Shown piece after piece: positions 52,172 through 70,548 of a stretch of DNA of 248,000 nucleotides (within the stretch, counting starts at the first letter, position 1; each line of letters begins with the position of its first letter). This stretch comes from Wallemia ichthyophaga EXF-994. Its lineage: Eukaryota > Fungi > Basidiomycota. Under the pieces are notes generated by a model. That model was not told the DNA's origin. It worked only from the letters and a program-made list of their open reading frames with translations, and ran no database searches. The DNA lies in assembly GCF_000400465.1 (NCBI RefSeq), contig NW_008806284.1, forward strand, positions 20,001 to 268,000, written 5' to 3'. The position numbers and the translations under genes were made by a program.

Positions 52172-53599
52172 ATGTTCAAGCAAGTTGTCTACTTAGGATT
52201 ATTGGCGAGCGCAGCGGCGCAATCTAACGGAACAATTGACCTCACGGAGCCAGAGGCAGGAAGATGGGGTGGCAATAATGGTAAGACACCCACGCAGCAC
52301 TACAACGACTTCGACCATGAAGTCTTTCACAACCGCACCTACACCCCACAGCCCATTAGGTATGAAATGGGAGAAGTATATACGGTGAAAGAGAACGCGG
52401 ACTTAGATAGAATGTCTCCAGATACACTCGCACCGCCCACCGTCGATTTCGGCAGCATTGAAAATCCAAGATGGCACATGTCTGACTCGTACAACCGCCT
52501 GGCTATTGGGGGGTATGCAAGACAACAAACAGTCAGGGACCTACCTATTAGCAAGGATATTGCCGGTGTAGATATGCGCTTATCACCACATGCTTTTAGA
52601 GAGTCCCATTGGCACACACAGGCCGAATGGTCGTATATTTTTTCAGGACGAGTTATCATCTCAGCCATTATGCCAGATGGAAAGACCTTCATGAGCGAGC
52701 TGGGACCAGGCGACGTTTGGTTCTTCCCTCCATCCACCATACACTCCATCCAAGCTCTTGACGAAGGCGCCGAGTTCCTACTCATCTTCGACAGCGGAGC
52801 ATTCGACGAGAACGATACCTTTTTAGCTGCGGAGGCACTATCACGCATCCCTAAATCTGTGATCAAGTAGGTGGAAACTCGCTGACGACTAAAATTTTCC
52901 GCTCACATGCACCAGTAAAAATTTCGGTTTGAGCAAGAATGCAACTGATTTCGACAATATTCCGGCAGAGCAGCTCTACATTTTCAGAGGAGAAGCACCT
53001 GTACCATCTTTCAAGGAGCAGAAAGCGTCGATCAACAACCCCTTTGGCATGCTCGAAGACCACACTCTCGCGCTCAAATTCTCTGAGACACCATGGGAAG
53101 AGCATGACGGCGGCAAGGTGAAGATCGCAGACAGTAAAATTTTCAACGCGCCCAATCTCGACATTTCAGTTGCGCATCTGTCACTTGAAAGCAACAGTCT
53201 GAGGACACTGCACTGGCATGAGACTTGTGAGTTTGGAACTGTCCATTCGAGTACGAATACTCACAACACTCAGCCGAGTGGGATTTTGTCTTAAAGGGCA
53301 CACTTAGGGTGACCATCTACGCCGGCAACGGTAACAGCCGTACATACGACATCAACTCTCTCGACGTGCTCTATGTGGAGGCGAACAACCTTCACTATCT
53401 TGAATGTGTTAGCCCAGAGCCATGCGAGTTCCTCGCTGCTTTCAAGATCGACACGTACAACGACTTTGAATACGGTCAATTCCTCAGCGCCGCTCCTCGT
53501 TACACCGTCAAGCAGCATCTCAGAATCAGTGATGAGACACTAGACAAAGTCCAGGGCAGTGTTGCTAACAAACAGATTATCATGCCTGACAACTGTTAA
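52172..53599 (+). CDS. Secreted oxalate decarboxylase (bicupin)
   Basis: Signal peptide; RESHWH..AEW, GDVWFFP...HSIQ, second cupin LHWH; multi-exon. Confidence 0.9.
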
Positions 53600-53726
53600 A
53601 GGAACAAGTAAGAAGAAAAAAGAGTTGTGATTCATGTGTAATAATAATCTTTTCATTACAGATCGATTCTGATTATCCTGTTATAGTTAATTTATGTGTG
53701 TCATGTCTCGCTCACATTTTCACATC

Positions 53727-55210
53727 TCAAGCGATCACCTCAGTGACAATACCAGTACCAATCGTCTTGTTGCCCTCTCTGAGCGTGAATCTAGAGTTGT
53801 TTTCCAGTGGCAAGTCGTGAACGAGTTCGCCGACCATCTCAACGTTGTCACCAGGCATGATCATCTTCTCGCCAGCGTCAGCAGTGCCTTCTGGGAACTT
53901 GAGAGAAATGGTAACGTCAGAGGTTCTGATGAAGAGTTGTGGGCGGTAATTCTCGAAGAATGGAGAGTGACGACCGCCCTCTTCCTTTGTGAGGATGTAG
54001 AGCTGAGCCTTGAACTTTTTATAGCTCTTGATAGAGTCAACTGCGGAAATGACTTGACCACGACGGATTTGCTCTCTCTTCACACCTCTGAGCAAGGCAC
54101 CCATGTTGTCACCGGACTCACCACGGTCCAACTCCCTGTGGAAGGACTCGATACCAGTGAGTGTGGTCTTGAATGAGTTACCGAGACCGAGAATTTGAAT
54201 TTCCTCACCCTTCTTGATAGTACCTCTCTCAACTCTGCCGGTGGCGACAGTACCTCTACCAGAAATGGTGAAGGTGTCTTCGATAGGCATCAGGAATGGC
54301 TTGTCGAGATCTCTCTCTGGGATATCCAACCAGCTATCGGAAGCTTCCATGAGCTCATCGATTGAGTTTGTACCAATCTCAGGGTTGCGGCCTTCGAGAG
54401 CAGCAAGTGCGGAGCCCTTAACGATTGGGGTGTTATCACCATCGTATCCGTACGTAGAGAGCAAGTCACGGATTTCCATATCTACGAGTTCCAACATTTC
54501 AGGATCATCAACTTGATCGACCTTGTTGATGTACACGACGAGTTTCTTGACACCGACCTGCTTGGCAAGGAGAAGGTGCTCTCTGGTCTGAGGCATCTGG
54601 CCGTCTGCAGCGGAGACTACAATGATAGCACCATCCATTTGGGCAGCACCAGTAATCATGTTTTTGATGTAATCAGCGTGTCCTGGGCAGTCAACGTGTG
54701 CGTAGTGTCTGTTCTCGGTCTCGTATTCGACGTGGGCGGTGGAGATAGTGATACCTCTAGCCTTCTCTTCTGGTGCCTTATCGATTTGGTTGTAATCGAG
54801 GAACTGGCCCTTGCCAGATTTCTCAGTGAGGTACTTTGTGATGGCTGCAGTGAGCGTAGTCTTTCCGTGATCGACGTGTCCAATGGTACCGACATTCAAG
54901 TGTGGCTTGTCGCGTTGGAAAGTTGCGTATGTGCGAGCTGAGTGGGTGCTAGCTCCGCGGGCTGGGTTTTTGGCGTGAGGATGAATATTTTCCCAATACC
55001 TAAAACTCACCCAATGCAGTTGGAATCACTGCAGAGCGCATGCTCATACGCTGGAGACCATTTGCGAGTGAACGAGTGGCTAAACCTGGGTGTTTTTCTC
55101 AGAAGCGTTTCCTCAATTTGATGGTGCAACCAACCTCTAGCAACGCCTCTAAATGGCTGTGGCTGGACGAAACGTCTGCCTGCTACACGCACAGCTGGTA
55201 CCCTGAACAT
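53727..55210 (-). CDS. TUF1: Mitochondrial elongation factor Tu
   Basis: [41 protein letters not shown]. Confidence 0.98.
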
Positions 55211-55747
55211 TTTGTAGATGGTTGGAAAGAGAAGACGACGCGGACGAGCTCCGAGGGATTCAGTTTAAAAATTGAGTGGAGTATAGTAGTATAGGGAATA
55301 GCTGGAAGTGGTATTAGAAGGTCAAATGGATTCCTTCTATTGGTATTGCTCGTGGTGCCACTCTGGGTGTTTGTTTTTACATCAAATGACTTGAATTTGT
55401 TATATTTATTGTGCACTGTCTTTGAGGTTCAAATACCTTTTATCTTGTAGCCTTCATGTCTGCATCATGCTGTCCAAAAATTTTGACTTTTGTTGGCCGA
55501 AACATTCCAGAGGCCGTATGGCTTTGGGAATAGCGTGGACTGGGTTTTTCGAAGCTTTGTATTATGTTGCTTTAGAGTTCATGCGCAAGTTAGTTGTTGA
55601 AAAGTGTCCATCTGTGAAGTAAATAATGTGATGTGATTCGAGTACTTGAAAGTATTCCATATAACGCCGACAATTAACACGCGCTATCACTTAATACACG
55701 CTAGCTACGCCCAAATTTACACCACTTGTGCGTCTTAAACAAATACC

Positions 55748-57161
55748 ATGACCACGATTACTTCCCAACCTTCGGCAACGACAGCAAGTATAAGATCAGA
55801 CCAATCCAGCAACCTGGAATGTCGTATCCCGAGCTATACGATCGAACTTGAAGGCACTTCGAACCAATTCGTCAACTACAACGTCGCTTACACCTCCAAC
55901 TCAACACTCTACGCCAGCAGCCACCAAGAGACCCAAAGGCGGTTCAAAGACTTTAAATTTCTCCACACGCAGCTCTCTCACTCTTTTCCTGCCTCTGTTA
56001 TTCCCCCCCTTCCCGATCAGCATAGACTGGAGTATCTCACAGGCGATCGATTCTCCAACGACTTTATTCAACGACGCAAACAGGATCTAGAGCGGTTTTT
56101 GCAGCGCATCAGCCGCCATCCGATACTCAAGCGCTCCAAGCTTGTCATAGACTTTTTCGTGTCGACAGAGTGGAACACAGTGATGCACAAACTCGGATCC
56201 CAGCCACTGTCTTACTCAACCAGCTCGATTGAATCGCACACACTGCTTGACAATATATCCGACAGTCTTGTCAATGCCTTCACAAAGGTCAAGAAGCCAG
56301 ACGATCGCTTTGTTGAGCTGAGAGACAATCTCAACAGGCTAGATGACTCGCTTAGTAATATAGAAAAGATAATTCAGAAGCTGCGTACAAAAATCAGCAG
56401 TCAGTCTTATATGCATATCAATCCCGAGAACTATGCACTGACGTACTTGTCAGGTGTGGACAATACAGCCATCGACGTTGACCTGAATGGAGACTACGAT
56501 GATGGTGCGGGTGCTACACAAGCGCTAGCATACTTGGAATCAGGTATCACTGAGCCATTAAATCGATTCGCTCATGCGCAGTTGGAAATGAGCAACATTC
56601 TAAAAGAACAGACTGTCTTAGCTTTCGAGCCTGTGCTCGATCATATTCACTCTCTTAGAGCATACGCTGCCGCTCACAAGTATGTTCTCAAACTGCGCGA
56701 TCAGAAACAACTGGATTTCGAACAGTTGACGACGTATCTCTCTCAACTCGCCCTGCAACACCAAAGACTTGTATCTGCACAACATATCAGCAGTGGTGGG
56801 ATTGGGGGATATATTCGCGATAAAGTGGATCACTTGCGTGGACAAGATGATGAGAGTTTGCGATTAGAGCGTATTAGAAAATTGGAGGAACAGATGAAGG
56901 AGCTCGAGAAAGCAGTTGAGAATTCATCGAAACAAAATGTTGAGTTCAGTCAGGCCGTGTTGAGAGAACACTCCATCTTCGATATGGCTAAGAGGATCGA
57001 AATGAAGGAGATTCTTCACCATTTGGCTGATGGTCATATTGTGGCTTATAAGAAGGTGCGCACGGTGGTTTGTTCATCGCACGACTAACATCACCCCACA
57101 GACGTCTGAGGAATTCGACAGACTGATACCACATTTACAACGTATACGCGTCGATGTCTAA
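55748..57161 (+). CDS. SNX4: Sorting nexin Snx4/Atg24
   Basis: PX RRFKDF...PPLPD.HRLEY..GDRFS; BAR coiled coil. Confidence 0.88.
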
Positions 57162-57210
57162 TTACCAGAAGTAGAGTGTAGAAGTAAATGTATTGCTATA
57201 TATATATATA

Positions 57211-58440
57211 TCACAACAGCCCATCAAATCTCATTTTGGCAGTTTGGAGAAGACCTAGCTCATCATTGCGCATCTGCATGAGCAGAGGGTTTGCTGCCTT
57301 GGTGTCAACCTGCGGTGGGTATTCTCCCAATCTCTCGTCTATCCTTTGGAGGAGCTGTTGAATTAATTGTCGCAGATAACCATCAGTGATAGTCTCAGAT
57401 TGCTGATACGCCAATACAATCAAATTAAGAACGTCGGTGTCGCACACCCCGAACAAACCGAGAGACACTCTGGCTTGTGAGTCAATAAAGGCATCTGGAT
57501 GAGCCACAAAGAGATCCTGATCGTCGTCTTGGAGCGTTTGAACAGTATAGATTGGTGGAATCGCGTCGAAAGTGACTCTGTCAGAATCGTTAGCCTCCAA
57601 CACGAATCCGTACTCGATAGCGAGGTCCACGTTATCGAGCGAGTCACCGTAGCTGTTGAAGAGTTCTTCAGCGGGCTGAGTGGTGTGTGTAGTGACGATA
57701 TCCAATGTTTGCGGGGGAGTGGTGAGATAATCTGTATTTGGCGACTGAATACACCCATTCAGCCACCCACAACAGTCGCAGACAACTAAATCAGACTCTA
57801 TAGCCACAGTAGGCTCTTCTAGGTGATTGAAAAGGTCTGCAACAGGCACCAAACCAACTTGGTGGTGTGTGTCAACTTGAAACAATCGTGATGAAGTAAT
57901 GGCATAGGCGTATAGAAATGCTTCGAATGTACTTGTGATGTTTAGCGTTGAGGCGTGTGCGTCGAATGTATCTTTGAGCTTCTGTTTCGTTTGCCTGCCT
58001 CTTATACCTTGATGCGAGTTGAGCATGCTATACCGCTTACACAGTTCAGTGCCAGCCATTTCAGGCGTAAAGGGCCAGAGAGAGGCAATATCTGGAGGTG
58101 TCAGGGGTAGGGATTGTATGTAGAGATGCCATTTTGATTGATTGGCAGATTGAATTTCGAAGACAAGTGCAAAAGAGAGAGCTACGACGTGAGTGAGTGG
58201 AATCTGAGAGAGTTGAGTTGAAATAGTAGACGTTTTAAGCGTAAGCAAAGAGTCTTTGGGTATTCTCGCCACTGAATAGAGTTAGATTGAGTAATAGGAA
58301 TGGTACAACAACCAACCAACGCTGTCTTTGAGTATAAAATCGTTTGATAGTATCTTTTCATCGCTTATATCCAATCTACCATCCAAATCAACGCCGTTTG
58401 ACTCGCACCAGCTAAGTAAACAACTACGACGACTATTCAT
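57211..58440 (-). CDS. SET-domain lysine methyltransferase (LSMT-like)
   Basis: SSRLF, LVPVADLFNH, ELFNSYG...L..EYGF. Confidence 0.8.
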
Positions 58441-58947
58441 CTGCGTTTTATACAAGGAATACAATACAAAAAGCTTAGCTCATTCAGATTCATAAATTGA
58501 TTTCCTTCAATATTAAATTAGGAAAGACTAATCGTTGAAACATCATGTGAGCAATTAAGCTTAGAGTATCGTTGAAAAGAGAAGCTACTGGTTTTAAAAG
58601 GGTTAAAAATTTACTACGAGATAAGAGCAAGTAATAATATAAACAATACTGTGTATGGTAGTAACATTCTGAGGCTGAATATTGAGCTAAATTTTATCAT
58701 TATAGACATTTTAACATATACAATTTGTGGTGAAATATGAAGAGGCGGAAAAGAGGGAAAATTTTGAAATAAATAAGCGAAGAAAGAAGAAAGATTTGTA
58801 AATATAAATAAAATCCCAGCTAATAAAACACCTATTATACCTTTTAAATTGTTGTTCACAGTGATTTTTAATTTCAGAGTACACCACGCAATGGTTCGTG
58901 GTGAGCTGGCTTTAACTGACACAGTCAAAGGTGAGGATATAAATTGA

Positions 58948-60238
<1,291 letters not shown>

Positions 60239-60481
60239 GCGTAATTCTCGCGGTGGACCTCGTACTGGTCTCAATCACGAAATGAAAAATTCAAATATAC
60301 GTTATTCCAAGTTTTTTCTTTCCAAAGTTCTTTATATTCTCTTTACCCTGTGTTGCAAGAATCAACAAATTTAAAAAGTGCTTTTGTTGTATTGTGTGAA
60401 TGTGCTGGTGTAGATGTGCAAGAACAATACATATGGTGCTAATGATACAAATAATTTAAAGGTGAGTTCATATCAACCCAC

Positions 60482-61490
60482 TCAATCAATATCCCCAGTC
60501 TGTATCTCATGATAAATAACATGTGGACCTGATCTATAGTGATTGTTGGTGGATTTCAGCGAACGATTCAACTTTGGTAGAGTGAGTTGTTTGAAGAATT
60601 CATTTGAAGCTGTGTCATTTATTTCATTTGCCATAACTTGAGAAAGCATCCTATCGTTTTCCTGTTCGAGTTGTTCGAGGACGTTTCTTTCATTATTGAG
60701 AACCTGACGAATAAGCTCATTGTTCTCTTCAACAACTTGAAATTGAGCAACAGCGAGAGTATATTCTGGGTAAAAGGGAGGTTCACCTGGTGCAGTGAGA
60801 ACAGTTTGAAAAGCCATTTCATCAGCTTGATCGATAAATAAAGATTCTTCTTCCTTCCTTTGATCATTTACTTGTTGTGGGTGATCGGCTTCGCCATCCT
60901 CACCATCTTCATTCTCCACTTTAGATTTTCTAGCTGATTTCTTCTCGCTTGGAGGTGGTGCTGCACCAGAACCTCTTACAGTTGGAAGGGTATCAACGTG
61001 ATGCTGCATTCTCATATGTTTAGCCAAAGCGTCAGACCTAGTGAAAGATCTATCACATTCTGCTTTCTCTTGCTGTAGAGTATGTGAATATGAAACACTC
61101 GCGTACACCAATAAAACTCACGCAAATAAAAGGTTTATCGGTGGTGTGAGATCTCAAATGAGCTATTAAAGCTTGTTTTGAAGACTGATTCTTTGATTTG
61201 CGTGAACAGCCAATCCATTCGCATGTGTATTTAGATTTATCGCCAACGTGGTCATTGTAGATGTGGTCAAGCATTAGATGCTGATCACCGAATATCATAG
61301 CACATCCATCCCAATCGCAGGTGGTTATCGGACCCCAATCAGGATTACCGTTTAAGTCAACTTGATTGGTTTGATTGGATTTATCTGATTGTGGATCTGG
61401 ACTTGGTGATCGTGATAGAATTTCACTCAAGTTGTCATCTTGTAGATATTCAATTGGACGCTTGATTGGTGTGGCAGTGGATAATGACAT
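60482..61490 (-). CDS. C2H2 zinc-finger protein (Iec1-like)
   Basis: CDWDGC..H...H, CEWIGC, HLRSHTTDKPF, CDRSFTRSDALAKHMR..H. Confidence 0.75.
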
Positions 61491-62524
61491 CTGCGAACTG
61501 TCTCGTCTTGGTGGTTGAGGTCAGAGAGGCGAAGTGAGGGAAGGAGAGGAAACCTAGTAGGAGTAACGCCAAAGTAGACTTTAACGGACTTGCAGGTCTT
61601 CGTTGAAGTTCAGAGAGAGCTAAGCGGGTGGAAATACAGCTTACTGGGAGCAGCGCAGACTATTTACAGGGAAAGGGTTATACCCGCCTTACTATGGCCC
61701 CCAAGACGGCGAACCACAATGAAAAGAGGAAATGAGTGTGGGCCGCTTGAATACCGTAGTATCAGCCGGGAAGCTAAATTTTCTTTGGATCACGTAGCTT
61801 GTGCCTTGCCTTTGTTGTGTTTCACGAATCCCGCTACCCTCGTTCCTAATCATCCGGTTGACGGCATTCATAAAGTTGCTCAGCTACTTATACTCAAAGC
61901 CTTCGATGTATTCATTCGGTCTTAATGTTGACTGTTGGTTCTCAAGTGCTCTCGCTCCTAGTCACATGGCTATCGGCATGCACAGCATACGCTAAGGCGT
62001 AGCAAATACACGTTCGTCTATACTGTTAGTATTTGCAGGGCTTTCTTTATCTGGCTTCCTGTCCAATTACGCAAGCACATCAAAGACATTGTATCAACAA
62101 TGGTAATCTTCCACTAAACACATCGCACTCAATTCTCAGATGAGAGAATAGATATGAAGATGTGTAATGTGTATTGAATGGATCATCAACGTTTTATACA
62201 CGCTAATATTTAAACAAATAAGCTTAAATTGAGTTAAGTTCTAGAAAGTTAACGAAAACTGATGAATAAAAGAGATGAATTGTTTTGGTTTTTATATCTC
62301 CTGTAAATATCGCGGAAATCAATAACCATCTCTCAAAAAAGATGCATCTCTCTTTCGTCATCAGTTAGCTCCGTAGATTTACATTTCCGAGGAGTGAGAT
62401 TACTAGAGGCGTACACATATTTACGTATCGCAATCTTTGAGTGGTAATTCAAATTATTTTATTTTCTTCAATTGGAGATGTCTGCTGTGACGCACACGCA
62501 TGCGTTTCTTAGCACAAAACAACC

Positions 62525-65137
<2,613 letters not shown>

Positions 65138-65268
65138 ATTTGTATCTATTTATAGCATTTAAATTTCTTTCCTAACATTGAAACAATTAAGCATTCTTAG
65201 ATTCAAATTCAAAAATTCAAACATTCTCACATTACCAGAAGTATATAAATAAATTAGCAAAATTAACT

Positions 65269-66537
65269 TTACTTTCCACCAATCCGCTTGGATTTACCTG
65301 GTCTAGATTTCTTATTACCCTTGAATGGAGCATTTGTAGAGTCTTTAGTGTTTGACTTTGCGTGCTTCTTTTTACCTCCATGGCCAAATTTAGCATCGCG
65401 TGCACCTCTTGACATTTTCCTCTTTTTATTGTCATCTTTACCTTCTTTACCACCTTCAAGGGCATCTTCTAATTGGATATCGAAGTCATCATCACCAGCT
65501 TCAAGGCCATCAACGCCACCTTTCTTACGCTTGAGAGATTTAACCTTATCGATCATATCCTTCTTGGATTGCTGTCTCTCCATCATCTTTTCATTCTGGA
65601 CCTTTTTACCGACCTTCTTCAATTCGCGTTGCTTACGTGCCTTTTCAGAAGCTTCAATGTTAGATTTCTCATCCATCATCTTTTGACGTATCTTCTCCAT
65701 CTGTACATCAGTCTTGACCATTTCTGCGAAAAAGTCATTCGGTCTACTGAAAGGAACGCCAGCTTTGAGTACTTGTGGCTTAGCTCTCTCGACGGCTTCT
65801 AATGATTGCTTGTAGAAGGCTAATTCACGTGAAAGATCGTCATACACGTCTTCTGCACCTAAGTCTTTGATGGATTTTGACGAGGTTACTGCGAGTGTTT
65901 CAATGAAAGGTAACTTATCTGAGAGTTTGAAGTCGTTGAGGATACGTGTGATTGCAGATTTGTTATTGACTGTTACTTTGGTTGTTATTTGTGCTCTAGT
66001 ATCTTCATCGACGTCTTGAGCATCTTCAAGGGTGAGTGGGTGGGTGGATTCGTCTTCTTCTTCTTCAGAGTTTTCTTCATCGTCATCCTCTTCCTCGTCG
66101 TTGATGAAACCAGCACCGTCTTCTTGGTCATCCTCTTCATCCTCATCGTCGTCTTCGCTATTGTCATCACCTGAGACGAGAGCTTCATTGTCGACAAGGT
66201 CTTCTTGATCCTCTTGATCGTCGTCATCGTCGTCGTCGTTGTCATCGCCATTTTGAGACTAGAGTAGGTGAGCAAAAGACTAGATAAAAAGCCATAAACT
66301 AACTCCTTCTAATTGATTCAAGTAAGCTAATTGGTCTAGAGCTTGTTGATCTAAGCCATCCTCACCTAAAACTTTAATAAGCTTCTGCATTGATTCCTCG
66401 CTAACGCCGTCGAAATCTTCTTCGCCTGAGGAAGAATCTTCTAATTCATCTTGTTTGAGGATGTTCTTGATATTCTTGTTATCCTTGTTATCCTTGTTAT
66501 CCTTGATGTTGGATTTAGTTGATTTAGATTTTGGCAT
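65269..66537 (-). CDS. EBP2: rRNA-processing protein Ebp2
   Basis: DDLSRELAFYKQSL, RPNDFFAEMVKTD.QM. Confidence 0.92.
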
Positions 66538-66651
66538 TGTTGGGTGTAACAAACCACCAAGTCGAAAGTCAAATATTCAATGCACCACCTCCCAGATTTA
66601 GCTCAATTTAAGAAATTACTTGATAAATTTGATACTTTCTTATTCGATTGC

Positions 66652-67512
66652 GATGGTGTCCTTTGGAGGGTTGGTAGTGTGCTCTAGGTCTACGTCACTC
66701 ACTCTACAACTCAGGGGAATGAACTTATCCCAGGAAGTAAAGAATTCGTTGATAAGATTAGAAAAGCCGGAAAGGATGTCATCTTTGTTACAAATAACGC
66801 TTCAAACAGTCGTAATCAATATAAGCAAAAATTTGATCAACTTGGTTTTAAAGTTGATGTTGATGAGATATTTAGCAGTGCATACGCATCTGCTGTCTAT
66901 CTCAAATACAATCTAAAGTTCCCTTCCGATAAGAAGGTTTTCGTCGTTGGTATGTCTGGATTAGAGGAGGAATTAGATAGCGAAGGTATAAAGCGTATTG
67001 GTGGCACTGATCCAGCCTACAATAAACTCGCGCCTCATGTCAACTTTAAAGAGATTAAACAGAACCTCGATAAGGATGTTGGTGCTGTTATCGCTGGTTT
67101 TGATATCATGCTCAACTATACAAAGTTATCTTACGCGCACTCATACCTCACCAGCCCAGAGCATGATGTTAAGTTTATCTTCACTAATGATGATTCCACG
67201 TTCCCTCAAGCGTGTGGAGTGTTCCCTGGTAGCGGTGCAATGAGCTCACCTTTGGCAGTGTCTTCTAAGCGCACTCCAATCGTCGTTGGTAAACCTAATG
67301 CACCAATGCTTGAGTGTATTCTCAAGAAGAAGCAACTTAAACCAGAGCGAACACTGATGATTGGTGATAGATTGAATACTGATATTGCTTTTGGGCAGCA
67401 TGGTAACGTCAAGACAATGTTAGTACTCTCTGGGGTTTGCAAGAAAGAAGATATAATTGGTGAGGGTATATACCCAGATTACATAGCACATTCACTTGGA
67501 CATATACATTAA
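66652..67512 (+). CDS. PHO13: HAD phosphatase (Pho13/4-nitrophenylphosphatase)
   Basis: FDCDGV, VTNNAS, GKPN, MIGDRLNTDI.FG. Confidence 0.9.
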
Positions 67513-67689
67513 TTGTTGTGTTAAAATACATAAACACCTGAATGAAATTAGAATTGATATATCACCAGTAAAAGACCCCTCTTGAAAGATAACGCAGTTT
67601 TTGTAGTGATCATATTACGCATGCGGCTCTTATTCAAAGCTGGGCAGCTTCACACGTGTTGTTGTAAATTTTCAATCACCGGGGTCTTG

Positions 67690-68984
67690 TTGAGGATGGC
67701 TTACCTGTTGGCGTTGTAGGCGCTGAGGTATGTCTATCTGGTTGGAATACCTCAACGCCTTGTCTTTGCATTTGTCTGATTCATTCCTCAACGTAAGTAA
67801 ATCACCCGCAGACGTCCAGACATCCGAAGAAATTCCTCAAATTAAAAATCTCAGTGTGACAAAAAAACTGAAATACGTAGCGCTGACGTTGGACACTACG
67901 CTTATGATAAAAAAGAGACAAGAAGAGGATACTAGTAGCACTAGTGGGAGTACTAGTGGGAGTACTAGTGGGAGCAGCAGCAGCACTAGCAGTAGCAGCA
68001 GTTCAACCACATCATCATCGTCTTCGTCGAGCAGCTCTTCGAGTGCTTCGCCAACAAGCAACACTCCTAGCAGCTCTAGCAGGTACGTGTGGATACCCCG
68101 TACACTTAGTTCCTGATTGACATCACTAGTGATTCCAATAGCCCAACCCGCACATCCAATGATAGCAGCAGCAGCAGCAGCAGTATTGATAGTAGTAGCA
68201 GCCAGAGCAACACCACCACCAATTCAGATAGTACTGCATCATCCACTCCAAATCCCACCACCTCAATTGTTACAGTAACGCTCTCAAACGGTGGGCAAAT
68301 ATTTATTATGAGATAACAAGTTATAACACAAGCAGGTTCATCAACAACATCCGCAACCACCATCGGTGGTACCACTGGCTCTGCTTCCGACAGCGGCCAG
68401 GATATTGGTGCGATTGTTGGCGGTGTGAGTGGATTTCTCATTGAAACATCGAAATCCTACTAAACTGCTTTTAGAGCGTCGGTGGTGGTATAGGTGCCAT
68501 CCTTATCCTCGTAGCTGCCATCTTCTTCTTTCGTCGCCGTGTCGCCAAGAAGAAGCACGACGAGTATGACGGTGATATCTTTGATCCTCAGCGCTTCAGG
68601 CCGGATAATGAGGACGAATTTGGTATTGATGGTGCTCCAACGCCCTACACGCAGCAGCCAGCGAGTGTGACTGCGGGGAGTGGTAGTGGGAGTGGGAATG
68701 TACCGGGGAATGTACCGGGAATGACAGGCATTGGTGCAGCCGCGGGAGGTGCGGCATCGATACCAAACTCATCAACCCATCAACCCTCCAACCCCTCCTC
68801 AAATGCTGCTGCTGCTGCTGGTATCAAAACTCGCCCACTTCCCACCTCTAAACCAAGCCAGGTCAACGTACACACAGACGCTGGTCGATACAACGTCAAC
68901 AACGGCGATGACAATCCAGCTAATCTCCACTCAGATATACCCCCGACTTACGACTCTATTCACGTATATCCAGATAACGCTTGA
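67690..68984 (+). CDS. Ser/Thr-rich single-pass membrane protein (Mid2/Skg6-like)
   Basis: S/T-rich ectodomain, GAIVGGV..GG.I..IL...FFFRRR TM; 5' end uncertain. Confidence 0.55.
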
Positions 68985-69348
68985 TGACCATGTGAATATT
69001 TATTTATTATTTAACATTTCCTTGTATCGACCCATTTATGATTGTTTGTTTGCTTGTATGAATTAACTCAGTTGGCGAAGTAGTGTAATGGAATTAGCAC
69101 GTATTGTTCGGGTGAGGAGCGTCTGCATCAATATAGTCTGGGTTCAATTCCCAGCTTCGCCCCTAAATAATCATTTTTACGACAACCTCACCTCTCACAC
69201 ATGTACGTCAATGTACGCCGACTATCAAATGCCTACAAATTTCGCAACTCGCTTGGTGTGTGGTGGTGTTATTTAGGCGGCTGAGCTGAGTAATTAAACC
69301 CAAACAGGCACGGGCTCTTTCGCAGTCGAGCCACCTAAAGCGGTAGGT

Positions 69349-70489
69349 ATGGCCATGAGCAGAGGTCAGCGGCTATATCAAGAGGACAGCGTGTCTGCCA
69401 AAGTGCTCAACCTGCCCATCACTCCCCACACACTTGACTCTCAATGCGCCTACTTCGGCATATTCGACGGACACGGTGGTGATTACGTTTCCCGCTATCT
69501 CCGCGATAGTCTGCCAGGAGTCATTGAAAGAATAACCACGCGTGACTGGAACCTTATCGACTATTTCAGAGTCTACGGTAGGCGTTGGCGTTGGCGGTTA
69601 ACGTGGTCTATCACTCACAACGTCACGACGTCATCCAGGCAACTATTTCCCTCAAGAGGAATTGGACGCAGAGAGTGCTACGAGAGATTCTCACTCTCAT
69701 CTTAGTCTCCACGATAGACTCAAACTGGCTTTTTTGAAGGTGGGCATGGTGTTGCGATCCAAGACACCGCTCACACACTCCTCACAGGCAGACAAGAGGA
69801 CAATCACCGATGCGCAGAACCGCGGCTACCTGTGCGGATCGACTGCCTCAGTTTTGTTGCTGCACAGTCTCGATGATCCACCCTCGCCGTACGCATTCAG
69901 TCGTCGTCTGCAGCTCACAACGGCGCACTGCGGCGACACGTGCGTGGTGCTCGTGAAAGCGCACGCTGGCAAAGCCCACCGCCTCACGCTCGACGACCAT
70001 GCCGACAACGTCGGTGAGATGGAGCGATTGAAATCCTTCCACGGCGCACTCGTGCAGGACTCTTACGGCGAATCCCTTTTTCTTGGCCAGCTCGCCAACA
70101 CGCGCAGTATCGGCGATGCCAAATATAAAAGCTGGGGCGTCACGCCCGAGCCCCATACCCAGAGTGTGGAGGTAGATGGAGATGCTTATAGCATGGCTAT
70201 CCTTCTCAGTGATGGTGTCACTGGCGTCGTTGGTGTGCAGGAGGCGGCTGATGTCGCTTCGAGCAAGTTTGGCCAGTCTTTGCAGTTCGGTAGAGCCGCT
70301 CAGGCAGCCGCGCAGGCTGTCGTCGATTTCGCTATCGATGTTGGCGCTGATGATAACTGCTCCGCTGTCGTTGTTCCGCTTCCAGGTTTCGCTAATGCTG
70401 GTAAAGGTAGAGATAGGACCCGCGATTTGCGCGATTATCGATTGCAGGTTGCCAACGACCCTAGCAACGTCAGACAGAAGAGGCAGTGA
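69349..70489 (+). CDS. PP2C-family phosphatase (Ptc6-like)
   Basis: YFGIFDGHGG, AHCGDT, LANTRSIGD, LSDG, DNCS. Confidence 0.85.
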
Positions 70490-70548
70490 TGGGGTGGGGT
70501 GGTGGTGGGTCTGAGCCTGCTGCTATGAGCAATGCTATGCCTTCCACG

